NCBI GenBank assembly: GCA_020057555.1
Contig: JAGVFR010000013.1
Span: forward strand, 1 to 61,715
Length of the DNA stretch: 61,715 nt
Source of the DNA: a bacterium
GTDB taxonomy: Bacteria > Patescibacteriota > Patescibacteriia > UBA9934 > GWF2-40-263
Reading direction: 5' to 3'
Both the position numbers and the translations under genes were made by a program. Positions 17,323-28,394 of this stretch are shown piece after piece. The notes below the pieces were generated by a model. That model saw only the letters and a program-made list of their open reading frames with translations. It made no database searches and was not told the DNA's origin. How positions within the stretch are numbered: the stretch's first letter is position 1; each line of letters opens with the position of its first letter.

Positions 17323-17631
17323 ATGGTCAAACTTTTTGAAGGACCATTTCATGAACCAGTTGAAGCCGTTATGAAACGTCTTGGCTACTCTTATCACTGT
17401 GGTCGTGATGGACGTCCTTGTTTTCATCGCGCGCTTAATGATCCAGAGTTTCCTCGATTTCATGCTTATGTAATTCACAAAGACAGTGGAATTGAAATTG
17501 ATCTTCACTTTGACGCGCTTGACTCAATCGAGCACAAAGGAAACCATGAACAATCATGGTCGTATGAAGGAGGACGTGTTATTGGAGAGATGCAAAGAAT
17601 AACGCAAATACTTGAAAGTATTAAAAATTGA
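17323..17631 (+). CDS. hypothetical protein, tandem paralog 1 (FPRFHAYV family)
   Basis: Shares GP...M..LGY...FPRFHAYV...I.I.LH.D...SYEG with the next gene. Confidence 0.6.
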   Translation: MVKLFEGPFHEPVEAVMKRLGYSYHCGRDGRPCFHRALNDPEFPRFHAYVIHKDSGIEIDLHFDALDSIEHKGNHEQSWSYEGGRVIGEMQRITQILESIKN

Positions 17632-17640
17632 TCCGACCTT

Positions 17641-18012
17641 ATGCAACAATTTTTTCAAGGTCCACTTCAAGATCACGCGCGAAATATAATGCGACATCTT
17701 GGTTATGGTGAACAGCGTGCGCGAAGCGGACAGATCAGTTATGTGCGAAGAGTTTCTGGTGACCGATTCCCGCGATTCCATGCTTATGTGGAAGATAAAA
17801 ATAACGGAATACAAATCAACTTGCACATGGATCAAAAAGAAGCGAGCTATGAAGGATCACACGTCCACTCTGGTGAATATGAAAGTCCGCTTTGTCAGGA
17901 AGAGATGAAACGAATAATACAATTCATACAAACTCCAAAAACAGTTTCAACACAGACCCAAGTTCCACAGCAAAAAAAGAAAACAAATTTTATATCAAGA
18001 TTTTTTAAGTAA
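17641..18012 (+). CDS. hypothetical protein, tandem paralog 2 (FPRFHAYV family)
   Basis: Paralog of 17323..17631 with an extra Lys-rich tail. Confidence 0.6.
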   Translation: MQQFFQGPLQDHARNIMRHLGYGEQRARSGQISYVRRVSGDRFPRFHAYVEDKNNGIQINLHMDQKEASYEGSHVHSGEYESPLCQEEMKRIIQFIQTPKTVSTQTQVPQQKKKTNFISRFFK

Positions 18013-18117
18013 CTACAGCCTTCGACTGGCTCAGGCAATAATTTCCGAAGTCGAGTGGACTCATCGCAATGACAGAACGTAAAAAATAGAGCGCCAGTTG
18101 GGCGCTCTTGAGTTTGG

Positions 18118-18702
18118 TCAAGCAATCAACGGTTCAGGAACGAAATCGGATTCGTCTTCACCGTCTGCAAATGCTTGTGCGTTAGGTTTGCCATAGGAAA
18201 GCGCAGGCGCGCGATTCCCATAGTGATCTTCGAGAAAGTCGAGCGTTCCGAGTCTTTCCGCTTCAAGCACCCTTGCTGGTGGAAGACTTACATGTATGAC
18301 CTCAACACACTCAATTCGCAGATCAAGACGTCGTCTCAATGCTTCAATCTTGAGCATTGTTGTTGCGCGAAGCATGTGCCAGTTGTCTGTGACAAGATGA
18401 ACAAGTACGCCATCACAGAATTCCGGATCAGTCTTCAGCGCGCGTACAACAGATTGAACGTCAGCAAGAGTGTTCGCTCGTGCATCGTAAAGTCGAATGC
18501 ACTTACTGACTCCGCGACAACACGCTTCGTTCTCGTACACTTGCAGGTCTGCCCCATTGTTGGCATCGCCTGCTATGACAATTGGAAGTTTGTGCTGAAG
18601 AGAAACTTCGATTGCTCGATTGATTCGACGAAACGAGATGCCATCTTTGTGTGTTTGGTCATCGTGCGGTCCGCACAATGTAACGACTATCGAACGCCTC
18701 AT
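18118..18702 (-). CDS. DUF218/YdcF-like domain protein
   Basis: IVIAGDANNG..., ARANTLADVQ, LVTDNWHMLRA fit the YdcF/ElyC pattern. SD AAAGGAGGAAACCGCC. Confidence 0.6.
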   Translation of the reverse strand: MRRSIVVTLCGPHDDQTHKDGISFRRINRAIEVSLQHKLPIVIAGDANNGADLQVYENEACCRGVSKCIRLYDARANTLADVQSVVRALKTDPEFCDGVLVHLVTDNWHMLRATTMLKIEALRRRLDLRIECVEVIHVSLPPARVLEAERLGTLDFLEDHYGNRAPALSYGKPNAQAFADGEDESDFVPEPLIA

Positions 18703-18728
18703 GGCGGTTTCCTCCTTTTTTTGCCAGC

Positions 18729-18786
18729 GTCATTCTGAGCGAAGCGAAGAATCTTTTGGGAGATACTTCACTTTGTTCAGGATGAC
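18729..18786. repeat. GTCATYCTGA inverted-repeat element
   Basis: GTCATTCTGAGCGAAG... pairs with ...CACTTTGTTCAGGATGAC. A half copy (CCTCAGGATGAC) occurs at 15025-15052. Confidence 0.5.
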
Positions 18787-18797
18787 AAAAGAGCTAC

Positions 18798-19556
18798 TTA
18801 TTCCAATTGCTTCCATAGAGAATCAAAGATCATTGTTTGTGTCAATGCAATGGCTGTATCGTCAATAATAACTCCAAAGAGTTTCTTTTTTTCATCAACT
18901 GACACATAAGCAGTTTTGCCTGGATAGATGAAAATGTACGTTGGAGCTTTATCTTCTTTTGTAAGCCATCTTCGCTCATCCAAACCAGATGTGTTTCCTC
19001 CATGCCCAATCGCGATTGCTCGTACTCGAACTTTTTCTCGAATACGATTTTTTGTATATCCTGGCCATGCGTTTAGAATCAAATCGCGAATTGCGGCTGA
19101 CGAATACACACGATACATTTTGTCGAGCGAATGGGCGCACGTCTGAATTACATCTTCCAAAATCGAACGAACGCCCACCTCGCCCTCGTAGTAAAAAACA
19201 GTAGGACGGTGCTGACTCCATCCAATAAGTTGTTGGAGATTTGGAATAATCTCTTGCAGTTTCAAACGCGCTTCTTGCGCTGCGACTTCTCTACGCGTTG
19301 CAACACCCGTCAGCTTTTTGGGATCCTCTGCCGTAAAGAATCGATGCGTTTTCGCATCCACGAAACTGACAAGGCCCAGATCCATAAGACGTTTGAGCGT
19401 GTCATAAGTAGTTCCTCGATTAAAACCGCTTTCTTGCGCAATCTCACGCAATGGCGCGGTTCCCAGCTTCATGAGAGCGATATAAATTTCGTAGTCTTTT
19501 TGACGAAGACCAATCGCTCCCAATGTCTCCTCTGAAAGTGTATGACGTTTAAGCAT
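18798..19556 (-). CDS. TrmB-family transcriptional regulator
   Basis: GLRQKDYEIYIALMKLGTAPLREIAQESGFNRGTTYDTLKRLMDLGLVSFV. Confidence 0.75.
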   Translation of the reverse strand: MLKRHTLSEETLGAIGLRQKDYEIYIALMKLGTAPLREIAQESGFNRGTTYDTLKRLMDLGLVSFVDAKTHRFFTAEDPKKLTGVATRREVAAQEARLKLQEIIPNLQQLIGWSQHRPTVFYYEGEVGVRSILEDVIQTCAHSLDKMYRVYSSAAIRDLILNAWPGYTKNRIREKVRVRAIAIGHGGNTSGLDERRWLTKEDKAPTYIFIYPGKTAYVSVDEKKKLFGVIIDDTAIALTQTMIFDSLWKQLE

Positions 19557-19636
19557 AGGCGTTAAGATAAATACGACAATTTGTGGATAAACAAAAAATA
19601 CCCTTGAAATAAGGGTATTTTTTTAATCAGATTTTG

Positions 19637-20392
19637 TCAATTTTTTTTCGACAACTTTTTGAAATAAAACCAAAAACCAAACACAACCATTACCGTTGCC
19701 ACATACTGCGCGGGTGTAAATCCAAAATATCTAACATCAATAATAGGTCCGTTAGTAGCGCGCAAAAAATCAAGTAGAAAACGAGCTATCCCCTTCCAAA
19801 CTAAAAAGACCACAATGTAAGTTCCAACTTTTGCTTTTCGATGAGCAAGCAGTAGGAAAAGACAAAATAATAGCAAACCATTTAATGAAAGGTATAAACC
19901 GAGATCATGTCGAACTCCGTCTGGAAATTTCACTCCAAGAAAAAAATTTGTCAGTCGTCCAGGGTGTTCGTGCAATAAAAAACAACCAATGCGTCCAATA
20001 AAAAATCCAAGAGGTAATCCAAAAATTGCTGTATCTGCGTAAGACCAAATATCAACACGACTTTTGTGTAAAAATAAAATTCCGAAAATTACTGAACCAA
20101 TGAATCCGCCCATCACTGACATTCCACCATTCCAAAACTTCAAAAGTTCAATCGGAGAATTAAAATAAAAAGCCGGTTCGTAGATGATGTGAAATAGTCG
20201 CGCAAAAATCATTGCGCCAATAATCACCCAAAAAGCTAGGTCCCAAATTAAATTTGAATCTTGTCCTCGGCGTTTTGCCATCCATGCTGAAACTGATGCA
20301 CCAGCCAAAATACCAAGTGCCACAAATAGACCCCAAACTTGGATTGGTATTGGACCGAGATGAATTACATCGAGATGGAAATATGGAAGCAT
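19637..20392 (-). CDS. lgt: prolipoprotein diacylglyceryl transferase
   Basis: IQVWGLFVALGILAG..., GRIGCFL, polytopic; typical Lgt. Confidence 0.9.
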   Translation of the reverse strand: MLPYFHLDVIHLGPIPIQVWGLFVALGILAGASVSAWMAKRRGQDSNLIWDLAFWVIIGAMIFARLFHIIYEPAFYFNSPIELLKFWNGGMSVMGGFIGSVIFGILFLHKSRVDIWSYADTAIFGLPLGFFIGRIGCFLLHEHPGRLTNFFLGVKFPDGVRHDLGLYLSLNGLLLFCLFLLLAHRKAKVGTYIVVFLVWKGIARFLLDFLRATNGPIIDVRYFGFTPAQYVATVMVVFGFWFYFKKLSKKN

Positions 20393-20465
20393 AGCTGTAA
20401 GCTTTTAGCTGTTAGCTTTTAGAAAAACAATCTAGTGCGTCCTAAAGGCTAATGGCTAAAGGCTT
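20393..20465. repeat. GCTAA-word palindromic intergenic repeat (family G)
   Basis: AGCTTTTAGCTGTTAGC ... GCTAATGGCTAAAGGC inverted arms between the gatA stop and the lgt start. Confidence 0.7.
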
Positions 20466-21917
20466 TTACACTGGAATTCTCTTGTGCCACTCTGTCAGAT
20501 TCTGATAATACATTCCGATTCTAAACAAAGTATATTCATCAAACGGACGACCCATTAGTTGAAGACCGACTGGCATATCTTTTGAAAATCCGCATGGCAA
20601 AGATATTGCAGGAACAGTCGCAAGATTTGCTGTGATCGTATAAATATCTGACAAATACATTGTGAGCGGATCACCAAACTTCTCACCAAGTTTCCACGCA
20701 ATCGAAGGACTTGTCGGTGTCACAATCGCATCAACATGCTTAAATGCCTCGTCAAAATCTTGTTTAATAAGTGATCTTACTTTGAGAGCTTTACGATAAT
20801 ACGCGTCATAATATCCGGCAGAAAGCGCGTAAGAACCAAGCATTATTCTGCGTTTCACTTCAGGGCCAAACCCTTCACCACGAGAAAGTGAGTATGTTTC
20901 AGCAAGATTGTTTCCGGTTGAATGATAGCCATAACGCAAACCATCATACCGACCGAGATTTGAACTTGCTTCACATGGCATTATTATGTAGTAAGTTGCA
21001 AGCGCATATTCTGTGTGCGGCATTGAAATTTCCTCGACTTTTGCCCCACCCTTTTCAAGTTCTGCAACAGCGTTCATGACAAGTTTTTCTACATCCTTAT
21101 CCATTCCTTTCAAAAAATATTCTTTCGGAATTCCAATTTTCATTCCATCAACAGACGGATTCATTAATTCTGGAACACTTGTGTCTTTTAGCTCAACAGA
21201 TGTCGCATCTTTTGAATCTTTTCCTTCGATTGTTGACATGAGAAAAGCAACATCCTCAACTGTTCGAGCAAAAGGCCCGATTTGATCCAAGCTTGATGCC
21301 ATTGCCATTAAACCATAACGAGAAACTCGTCCATAAGTTGGTTTAAGTCCGACTACGCCACAAAGTGAAGCTGGTTGTCGAATTGATCCGCCCGTGTCAG
21401 AACCAAGCGCGATTGGCGCGAGTCCAGCCGCGACAGCAACAGCAGATCCACCGCTTGAACCACCTGGAACTCGTTTTTTATCCCAAGGATTTTTTGTTGG
21501 ACCAAAGTGCGAAGTTTCAGTTGATGAACCCATCGCGAATTCATCCATGTTTGTTCGTCCCAACAAAATCGCTCCAGCTTTTTTTAATCTCTCAACAACT
21601 GTTGCGTTGTAAATGCTTTTGTGACCTTCAAGAATTTGCGAGCCTGAAGTGTTTCCCCATCCTTTAACCATCATGTTGTCTTTCAACAGAACTGGAACAC
21701 CAGCGAGCTTGCCCAAAGATTTTCCTTCAGCTCGGGCCTTATCAATTTTTTTTGCATCGTCTTGCGCTGTTGGTGAAATTTCCAAAACAGAATTCAAATC
21801 CTCATCAACATCTTTAATTCTTTTTTGATAAGCCAAAACAAGTTCTTCAGAAGAAAATTTTTCTTTTTCAAGAGAGCTAACGATTTCTTTGAGAGTAAGT
21901 GTTGAAACATCAATCAT
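20466..21917 (-). CDS. gatA: Glu/Asp-tRNA amidotransferase subunit A
   Basis: Amidase signature GGSSGGSAVAVAAG...GSDTGGSIRQPA. Confidence 0.95.
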   Translation of the reverse strand: MIDVSTLTLKEIVSSLEKEKFSSEELVLAYQKRIKDVDEDLNSVLEISPTAQDDAKKIDKARAEGKSLGKLAGVPVLLKDNMMVKGWGNTSGSQILEGHKSIYNATVVERLKKAGAILLGRTNMDEFAMGSSTETSHFGPTKNPWDKKRVPGGSSGGSAVAVAAGLAPIALGSDTGGSIRQPASLCGVVGLKPTYGRVSRYGLMAMASSLDQIGPFARTVEDVAFLMSTIEGKDSKDATSVELKDTSVPELMNPSVDGMKIGIPKEYFLKGMDKDVEKLVMNAVAELEKGGAKVEEISMPHTEYALATYYIIMPCEASSNLGRYDGLRYGYHSTGNNLAETYSLSRGEGFGPEVKRRIMLGSYALSAGYYDAYYRKALKVRSLIKQDFDEAFKHVDAIVTPTSPSIAWKLGEKFGDPLTMYLSDIYTITANLATVPAISLPCGFSKDMPVGLQLMGRPFDEYTLFRIGMYYQNLTEWHKRIPV

Positions 21918-22222
21918 AGATTTTCGTTTCGACCAAACACAGATTGAACTTCAAGCAAATCTCCATTACTGTTTGAAAAGTTCTTGATGGCACTTTTTCT
22001 CGTATTTTCGTCACTTTGTTCCTCAACGTCAACTCGAAAAACATTTGAAACATCAAGCGCATGTTGCAATTCTGGAACATTGTCTGTATTCACTTCTTGA
22101 AGTTTCGCAACATAATCAAGAATTGAACTTATTTGTTCGCTAAACTGTTCGACTTCATCATCGTTGATGTGCAATCGAGCGAGTTTTGCAATGTATTTCA
22201 CGTCGTTGTTCGATAAAGGCAT
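21914..22222 (-). CDS. gatC: Glu/Asp-tRNA amidotransferase subunit C
   Basis: VKYIAKLARLHINDDEVEQFSEQISSILDYV; 4-nt overlap with gatA. Confidence 0.9.
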   Translation of the reverse strand: MPLSNNDVKYIAKLARLHINDDEVEQFSEQISSILDYVAKLQEVNTDNVPELQHALDVSNVFRVDVEEQSDENTRKSAIKNFSNSNGDLLEVQSVFGRNENL

Positions 22223-22224
22223 AT

Positions 22225-24809
<2,585 letters not shown>

Positions 24810-24833
24810 GATGTTTGAAAAATTCTGATCCAA

Positions 24834-24853
24834 CCCACGGCTAAAGCCGTGGG
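24834..24853. repeat. REP hairpin 3
   Basis: CCCACGGCT-AA-AGCCGTGGG immediately upstream of the RAYT gene. Confidence 0.8.
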
Positions 24854-24860
24854 TTACCAA

Positions 24861-25625
24861 CTATACAAACAAACTCAAATACCACTGCAATGGTGCATTA
24901 CCAAAAAACAGAATCACGGCGGTTCCGATTGCCATAAACGTTCCAAAAGCGATCGGAGTTTTCCGATCAACGCGTTTTGTCAAAAGAAGCATAACGCCAA
25001 TGATCGCGCCAAGCAAATATGCTAAAAACAGCGCAACAAGCCCTTGATTCAGTCCAAGCATAAGTCCCATAAGCGCGCCCATGCGAATGTCTCCACCGCC
25101 AACCCAAGCACCGTTTGATATAACAAATTGAAGATAAAAAAATCCACCAAGAACAACTGCACCAGTAATTAATGACATCGCGGGAACTGTACCGAGCCAA
25201 AGATTAAAAATTATCGCGACTATCATTGCTGGAATTGTAAACCGATCCAGAATGTACATGTGCTTCAAATCGTAAACAAAAATCAAAATTAAAAACGCGA
25301 TGAAAATCCAATCACGAACAATCGTGTACATTCCTTCGATCGAACTGTCATTAAACTTAGAATAAAAAAGAAGAAATAAAATTCCAGTAACAAATTCAAC
25401 AAGTGGATATTGCCACGAGATTACATTTTTACATTTACGACATCTTCCACGCAAAATAAAAAAACTCAACACCGGAATCAAGTCGTGAGCTGAAATTGGT
25501 TCCTCGCAAGTTTTGCATTTTGATCGTCCTTTAATTACTGAACGACCTTCATGAACACGAAAAATGGCAACGTTTAAAAAACTGCCAATGCAGACACCGA
25601 AGACAAAAACAAGAAATTGAAACAT
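24861..25625 (-). CDS. pilD: prepilin peptidase (A24 family)
   Basis: CxxC...CxxC (KCKTCEEP...RCRKCKNVI) and a polytopic C-terminal half with GGGDIRMGALMG. Start at MFQFLVF; the track extension covers non-coding element A. Confidence 0.9.
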   Translation of the reverse strand: MFQFLVFVFGVCIGSFLNVAIFRVHEGRSVIKGRSKCKTCEEPISAHDLIPVLSFFILRGRCRKCKNVISWQYPLVEFVTGILFLLFYSKFNDSSIEGMYTIVRDWIFIAFLILIFVYDLKHMYILDRFTIPAMIVAIIFNLWLGTVPAMSLITGAVVLGGFFYLQFVISNGAWVGGGDIRMGALMGLMLGLNQGLVALFLAYLLGAIIGVMLLLTKRVDRKTPIAFGTFMAIGTAVILFFGNAPLQWYLSLFV

Positions 25626-25956
25626 AAAATATCCCTGTCGTTTGGTTGCAATAGAGACAGACGGGACTCCTTTTTCTTGGCCTTCATACAGAACCAACGG
25701 CAGAAAAAGCGTCCCGCAACTGTCTCTTGTGAACCTTGTTGATTTATTGAATGTATTGAGGCTAAAGAGAGAGGTTTGTAAGATCGTTCGGATCCTCTGT
25801 TCGCCGACATCCGGAGCCGACCTGTACAAACACTCATTAACCACAACGATTCACGTCGGCGAGGACTAAGCCGCCACCACTCACGTTGGTTATCCTCGTC
25901 GACCACGGCGGCGGTCAAGAACAGAGGAACCGGACGATCTTATTTGCAATTCAATT
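25626..25956. ncRNA. unclassified structured element, copy A (shared ~170-nt core at 25626-25796 plus a nested GC-rich hairpin at 25780-25941)
   Basis: No credible ORF. The long hairpin GAGACAG..GGGAC..CTTTTTCT / AGAAAAAG..GTCCC..CTGTCTC is conserved with copy B at 58268-58434, with a variable apical loop and indels that are not multiples of 3. Confidence 0.45.
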
Positions 25957-26463
25957 CTACTCCGTACACGTCCCTGCCTCCATTCCATCTGGTGTTGCGC
26001 AATTTACCCCTGTTTGAAGTCCAACAGCAGTTAACCCATTTTCAAGTTCAAAATGAATAACATATGAATCACCCTCGTCAAGAACACTGTAACAAAAAGC
26101 ATTTCGAGCCGGCTCTCCGCATGTGATTATGCCTTTCAAACCATTTTCATATGTTCGTGGAACACGTCGCAAAAATACCGCTTCTTCACTTGAACAATCA
26201 CTTCCAAATCCCGACAAACTTAAACACGCGCTTTGCGCAACATCACCAAGCGGCAATAAATTTCCAAGTGGATAGGAATTATTTTCATTGAAATAATCCT
26301 CAAGCGCACTCTGAACCAAACGCACGTTTGACAAACGTGTTGCGTCACGCTGTTTAGAACGAGCGGAATTCACAGCAACTGCCGAGAATGTTCCAACAAG
26401 CGCGATAATGGCTACAACAACGAGAATTTCTATATGAGTAAAACCTTGTTTTTTTGTGTACAT
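25957..26463 (-). CDS. type IV pilin / pseudopilin
   Basis: Prepilin leader MYTKKQG|FTHIEILVVVAIIALVG. Confidence 0.9.
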   Translation of the reverse strand: MYTKKQGFTHIEILVVVAIIALVGTFSAVAVNSARSKQRDATRLSNVRLVQSALEDYFNENNSYPLGNLLPLGDVAQSACLSLSGFGSDCSSEEAVFLRRVPRTYENGLKGIITCGEPARNAFCYSVLDEGDSYVIHFELENGLTAVGLQTGVNCATPDGMEAGTCTE

Positions 26464-26471
26464 ATATTTTT

Positions 26472-27575
26472 TTATTCAATTTCTCTCATGGCCAATCCGA
26501 CCGCGACACTCATTCTTGGACCAATCTCTTCCAAAACAACTGACAAATCCTGTGGATACACAACGCGTGCCCATGGATCACCTCTGTATACATTCATATT
26601 TAATGTTGCTGACAGGTATTCTGGAACGCGCGGTAAATGAGCGGATCCTCCTGTTAAGATAATTTTCTCAACTTTTTTTGTTTCAGTAAATTCCATGTTT
26701 GCAAATAATTGAAACGCGTAACGGATTTCATTAACAAGTGACTGAAAAACCGGTTCGAGTAAAACTGGCAGACCTCCAGCAAGTGTTGATTGTGTGGATT
26801 GAACTTCGCCAAAATCTCTTTTCATTCTTTCAGCTTGCGCCATATCAACATTTATAGACGCGCTCATTCGACTTGTAATTGCGTCTCCTCCGAGATTTAC
26901 ACTTCGAGTAACAAATGGAATTCCCTTTTCAACAATAGTGATATTTGATCGTCTTGCGCCAAGATCAATAATCATGATCGCGCTTTTGTCTTTTCCAACA
27001 AGTGAACGAATAAGCGCAAACGACTCTGTATCCAAAGCCTGCAACTGAAGTTTCGCAACTTTAAAAATTTCTACATATTTTTGCACTAACGTTTTCGCCG
27101 CTCCAGTAACAAGAACTTTTATTTCTTTTTCGTCCATCTCGGTCATCTGGGCAGTCTGGGACTTCTCGGACTTCTTTTCCTCCCCATCTAAAAATGTCGA
27201 ATACGTGATCATTTCAGAAAGAGGAAGTGGTGAAAGCTTTCCAATCTCAACATCAATAATTGGTTTGAGTTGTTTGCGATCTTTTGTTGGTGGAAGAGAT
27301 AGAATCGTGGAATAAACATTTGACATTGGAAGCGCGGCCATCGCGATTGTTGAACGGCATCCGGCTTTTTTGCAAACTTCTGCCAAAAGCTCGCCAGCTT
27401 TTTTTGTGTCGTCTATCAACAAACCTCCAGCATCTGAAACCGGAAGTTCGGCATATCCATAAGTCATCAAACGCGCACGGCCTTTTTCATTCGCAAGTTC
27501 AACCAGTTTTATACTGCTTGCACCAATATCTACTCCAAGATAACCACCTTTTTGTTTTTTTCCAAAGAGGCTCAT
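26472..27575 (-). CDS. pilM: type IV pilus assembly protein PilM
   Basis: YLGVDIGASSIKLVEL...; actin-like ATPase fold pattern; LTGGSAHLPRV. Confidence 0.85.
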   Translation of the reverse strand: MSLFGKKQKGGYLGVDIGASSIKLVELANEKGRARLMTYGYAELPVSDAGGLLIDDTKKAGELLAEVCKKAGCRSTIAMAALPMSNVYSTILSLPPTKDRKQLKPIIDVEIGKLSPLPLSEMITYSTFLDGEEKKSEKSQTAQMTEMDEKEIKVLVTGAAKTLVQKYVEIFKVAKLQLQALDTESFALIRSLVGKDKSAIMIIDLGARRSNITIVEKGIPFVTRSVNLGGDAITSRMSASINVDMAQAERMKRDFGEVQSTQSTLAGGLPVLLEPVFQSLVNEIRYAFQLFANMEFTETKKVEKIILTGGSAHLPRVPEYLSATLNMNVYRGDPWARVVYPQDLSVVLEEIGPRMSVAVGLAMREIE

Positions 27576-27631
27576 AGTGGTTTAAGTATAACACAGAGTG
27601 AAAAAGTGATGGAGTGGTTGAGGGATGAAAC

Positions 27632-27653
27632 AAAAAAGACCCGAGATCGGGTC
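27632..27653 (-). terminator. intrinsic terminator
   Basis: Minus strand reads GACCCG-ATCT-CGGGTC followed by TTTTTT. Confidence 0.75.
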
Positions 27654-27668
27654 AGAGAACAAAGAGCC

Positions 27669-28325
27669 TTACTTGCGGACAAACAGAAAGCGGCAGTCGG
27701 CAAGCCACCTGCGGTCGAACCAGTAGGAGCCGAAGATGCGCCTTGCGGAAATGCTGTGCAACGCAGCGAGGCACCGGCCGCCGCAGTCCATCGCGAACGA
27801 ACCAAGAGCGATGAGCAGAAACTGACTCTGGAGGTCAGGATTCTTCTTCTGGAACTCATATGCTTCGATGTGAGTTGCTGGACGATAGCCGAACTTGTCC
27901 ATCTCGACTATTGCGTCTTCGGACTTGATCTCCCTATTGAAATGCTTCACAAGGAATATCTCGTAACCTGGAGTCTCGGCAATATTAACGCAAGAAGCGT
28001 GCTTATTGAATGGACGACCGTCAAATATGATCGAAACATTACCATTGCCGAACTCCTGCTCGAGCTCGGAGAATGACGGAAACGGAGCATAGGATACTGG
28101 AACAAAATACTCGTTTTCGACGAGACATATCACGGATTGTCCTTTCAGCCAATCCTCGTGCGCAAGATCGACCATTTTCTTAAGTGTTTTTCTTCCTTGA
28201 GGCGTTACGAGCCGATAGATGGCTTCAAATGGAACCGACTTCTCACGTGTCAATTCCATCAGGCCACTCACAAGCCCTGCAAAGTATCCAGCACCGCTCT
28301 CGATCTCTGACACTCGTTTTCTCAT
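27669..28325 (-). CDS. hypothetical protein with conserved C-terminal ...GYRPAT...LIALGS...RFLFVRK domain
   Basis: Start at the ATG after GAGGTGTGTC. GC-rich. I remember the C-terminal pattern from other uncultured-bacterium hypothetical proteins, but no function is known. Confidence 0.5.
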   Translation of the reverse strand: MRKRVSEIESGAGYFAGLVSGLMELTREKSVPFEAIYRLVTPQGRKTLKKMVDLAHEDWLKGQSVICLVENEYFVPVSYAPFPSFSELEQEFGNGNVSIIFDGRPFNKHASCVNIAETPGYEIFLVKHFNREIKSEDAIVEMDKFGYRPATHIEAYEFQKKNPDLQSQFLLIALGSFAMDCGGRCLAALHSISARRIFGSYWFDRRWLADCRFLFVRK

Positions 28326-28394
28326 GACACACCTCATTTGGTTTGGCTTGCCCCTCATCTAGCACCATGCCAGACCCCAGACTCGCCATTCCTT

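Noticed and set aside
25626-25956. Element A as RNase P RNA, tmRNA, SRP RNA or 6S RNA
   Set aside because: I could not find GAGGAAAGTCCGGGC / ACAGAAxxCGGCTTA-type P4 strands in the correct order. There is no tRNA-like GGGG...CCA end and no GGAA-tetraloop SRP domain IV. Half of the element is duplicated at 58268-58434, which is not expected for these single-copy RNAs. A covariance-model scan is still needed.
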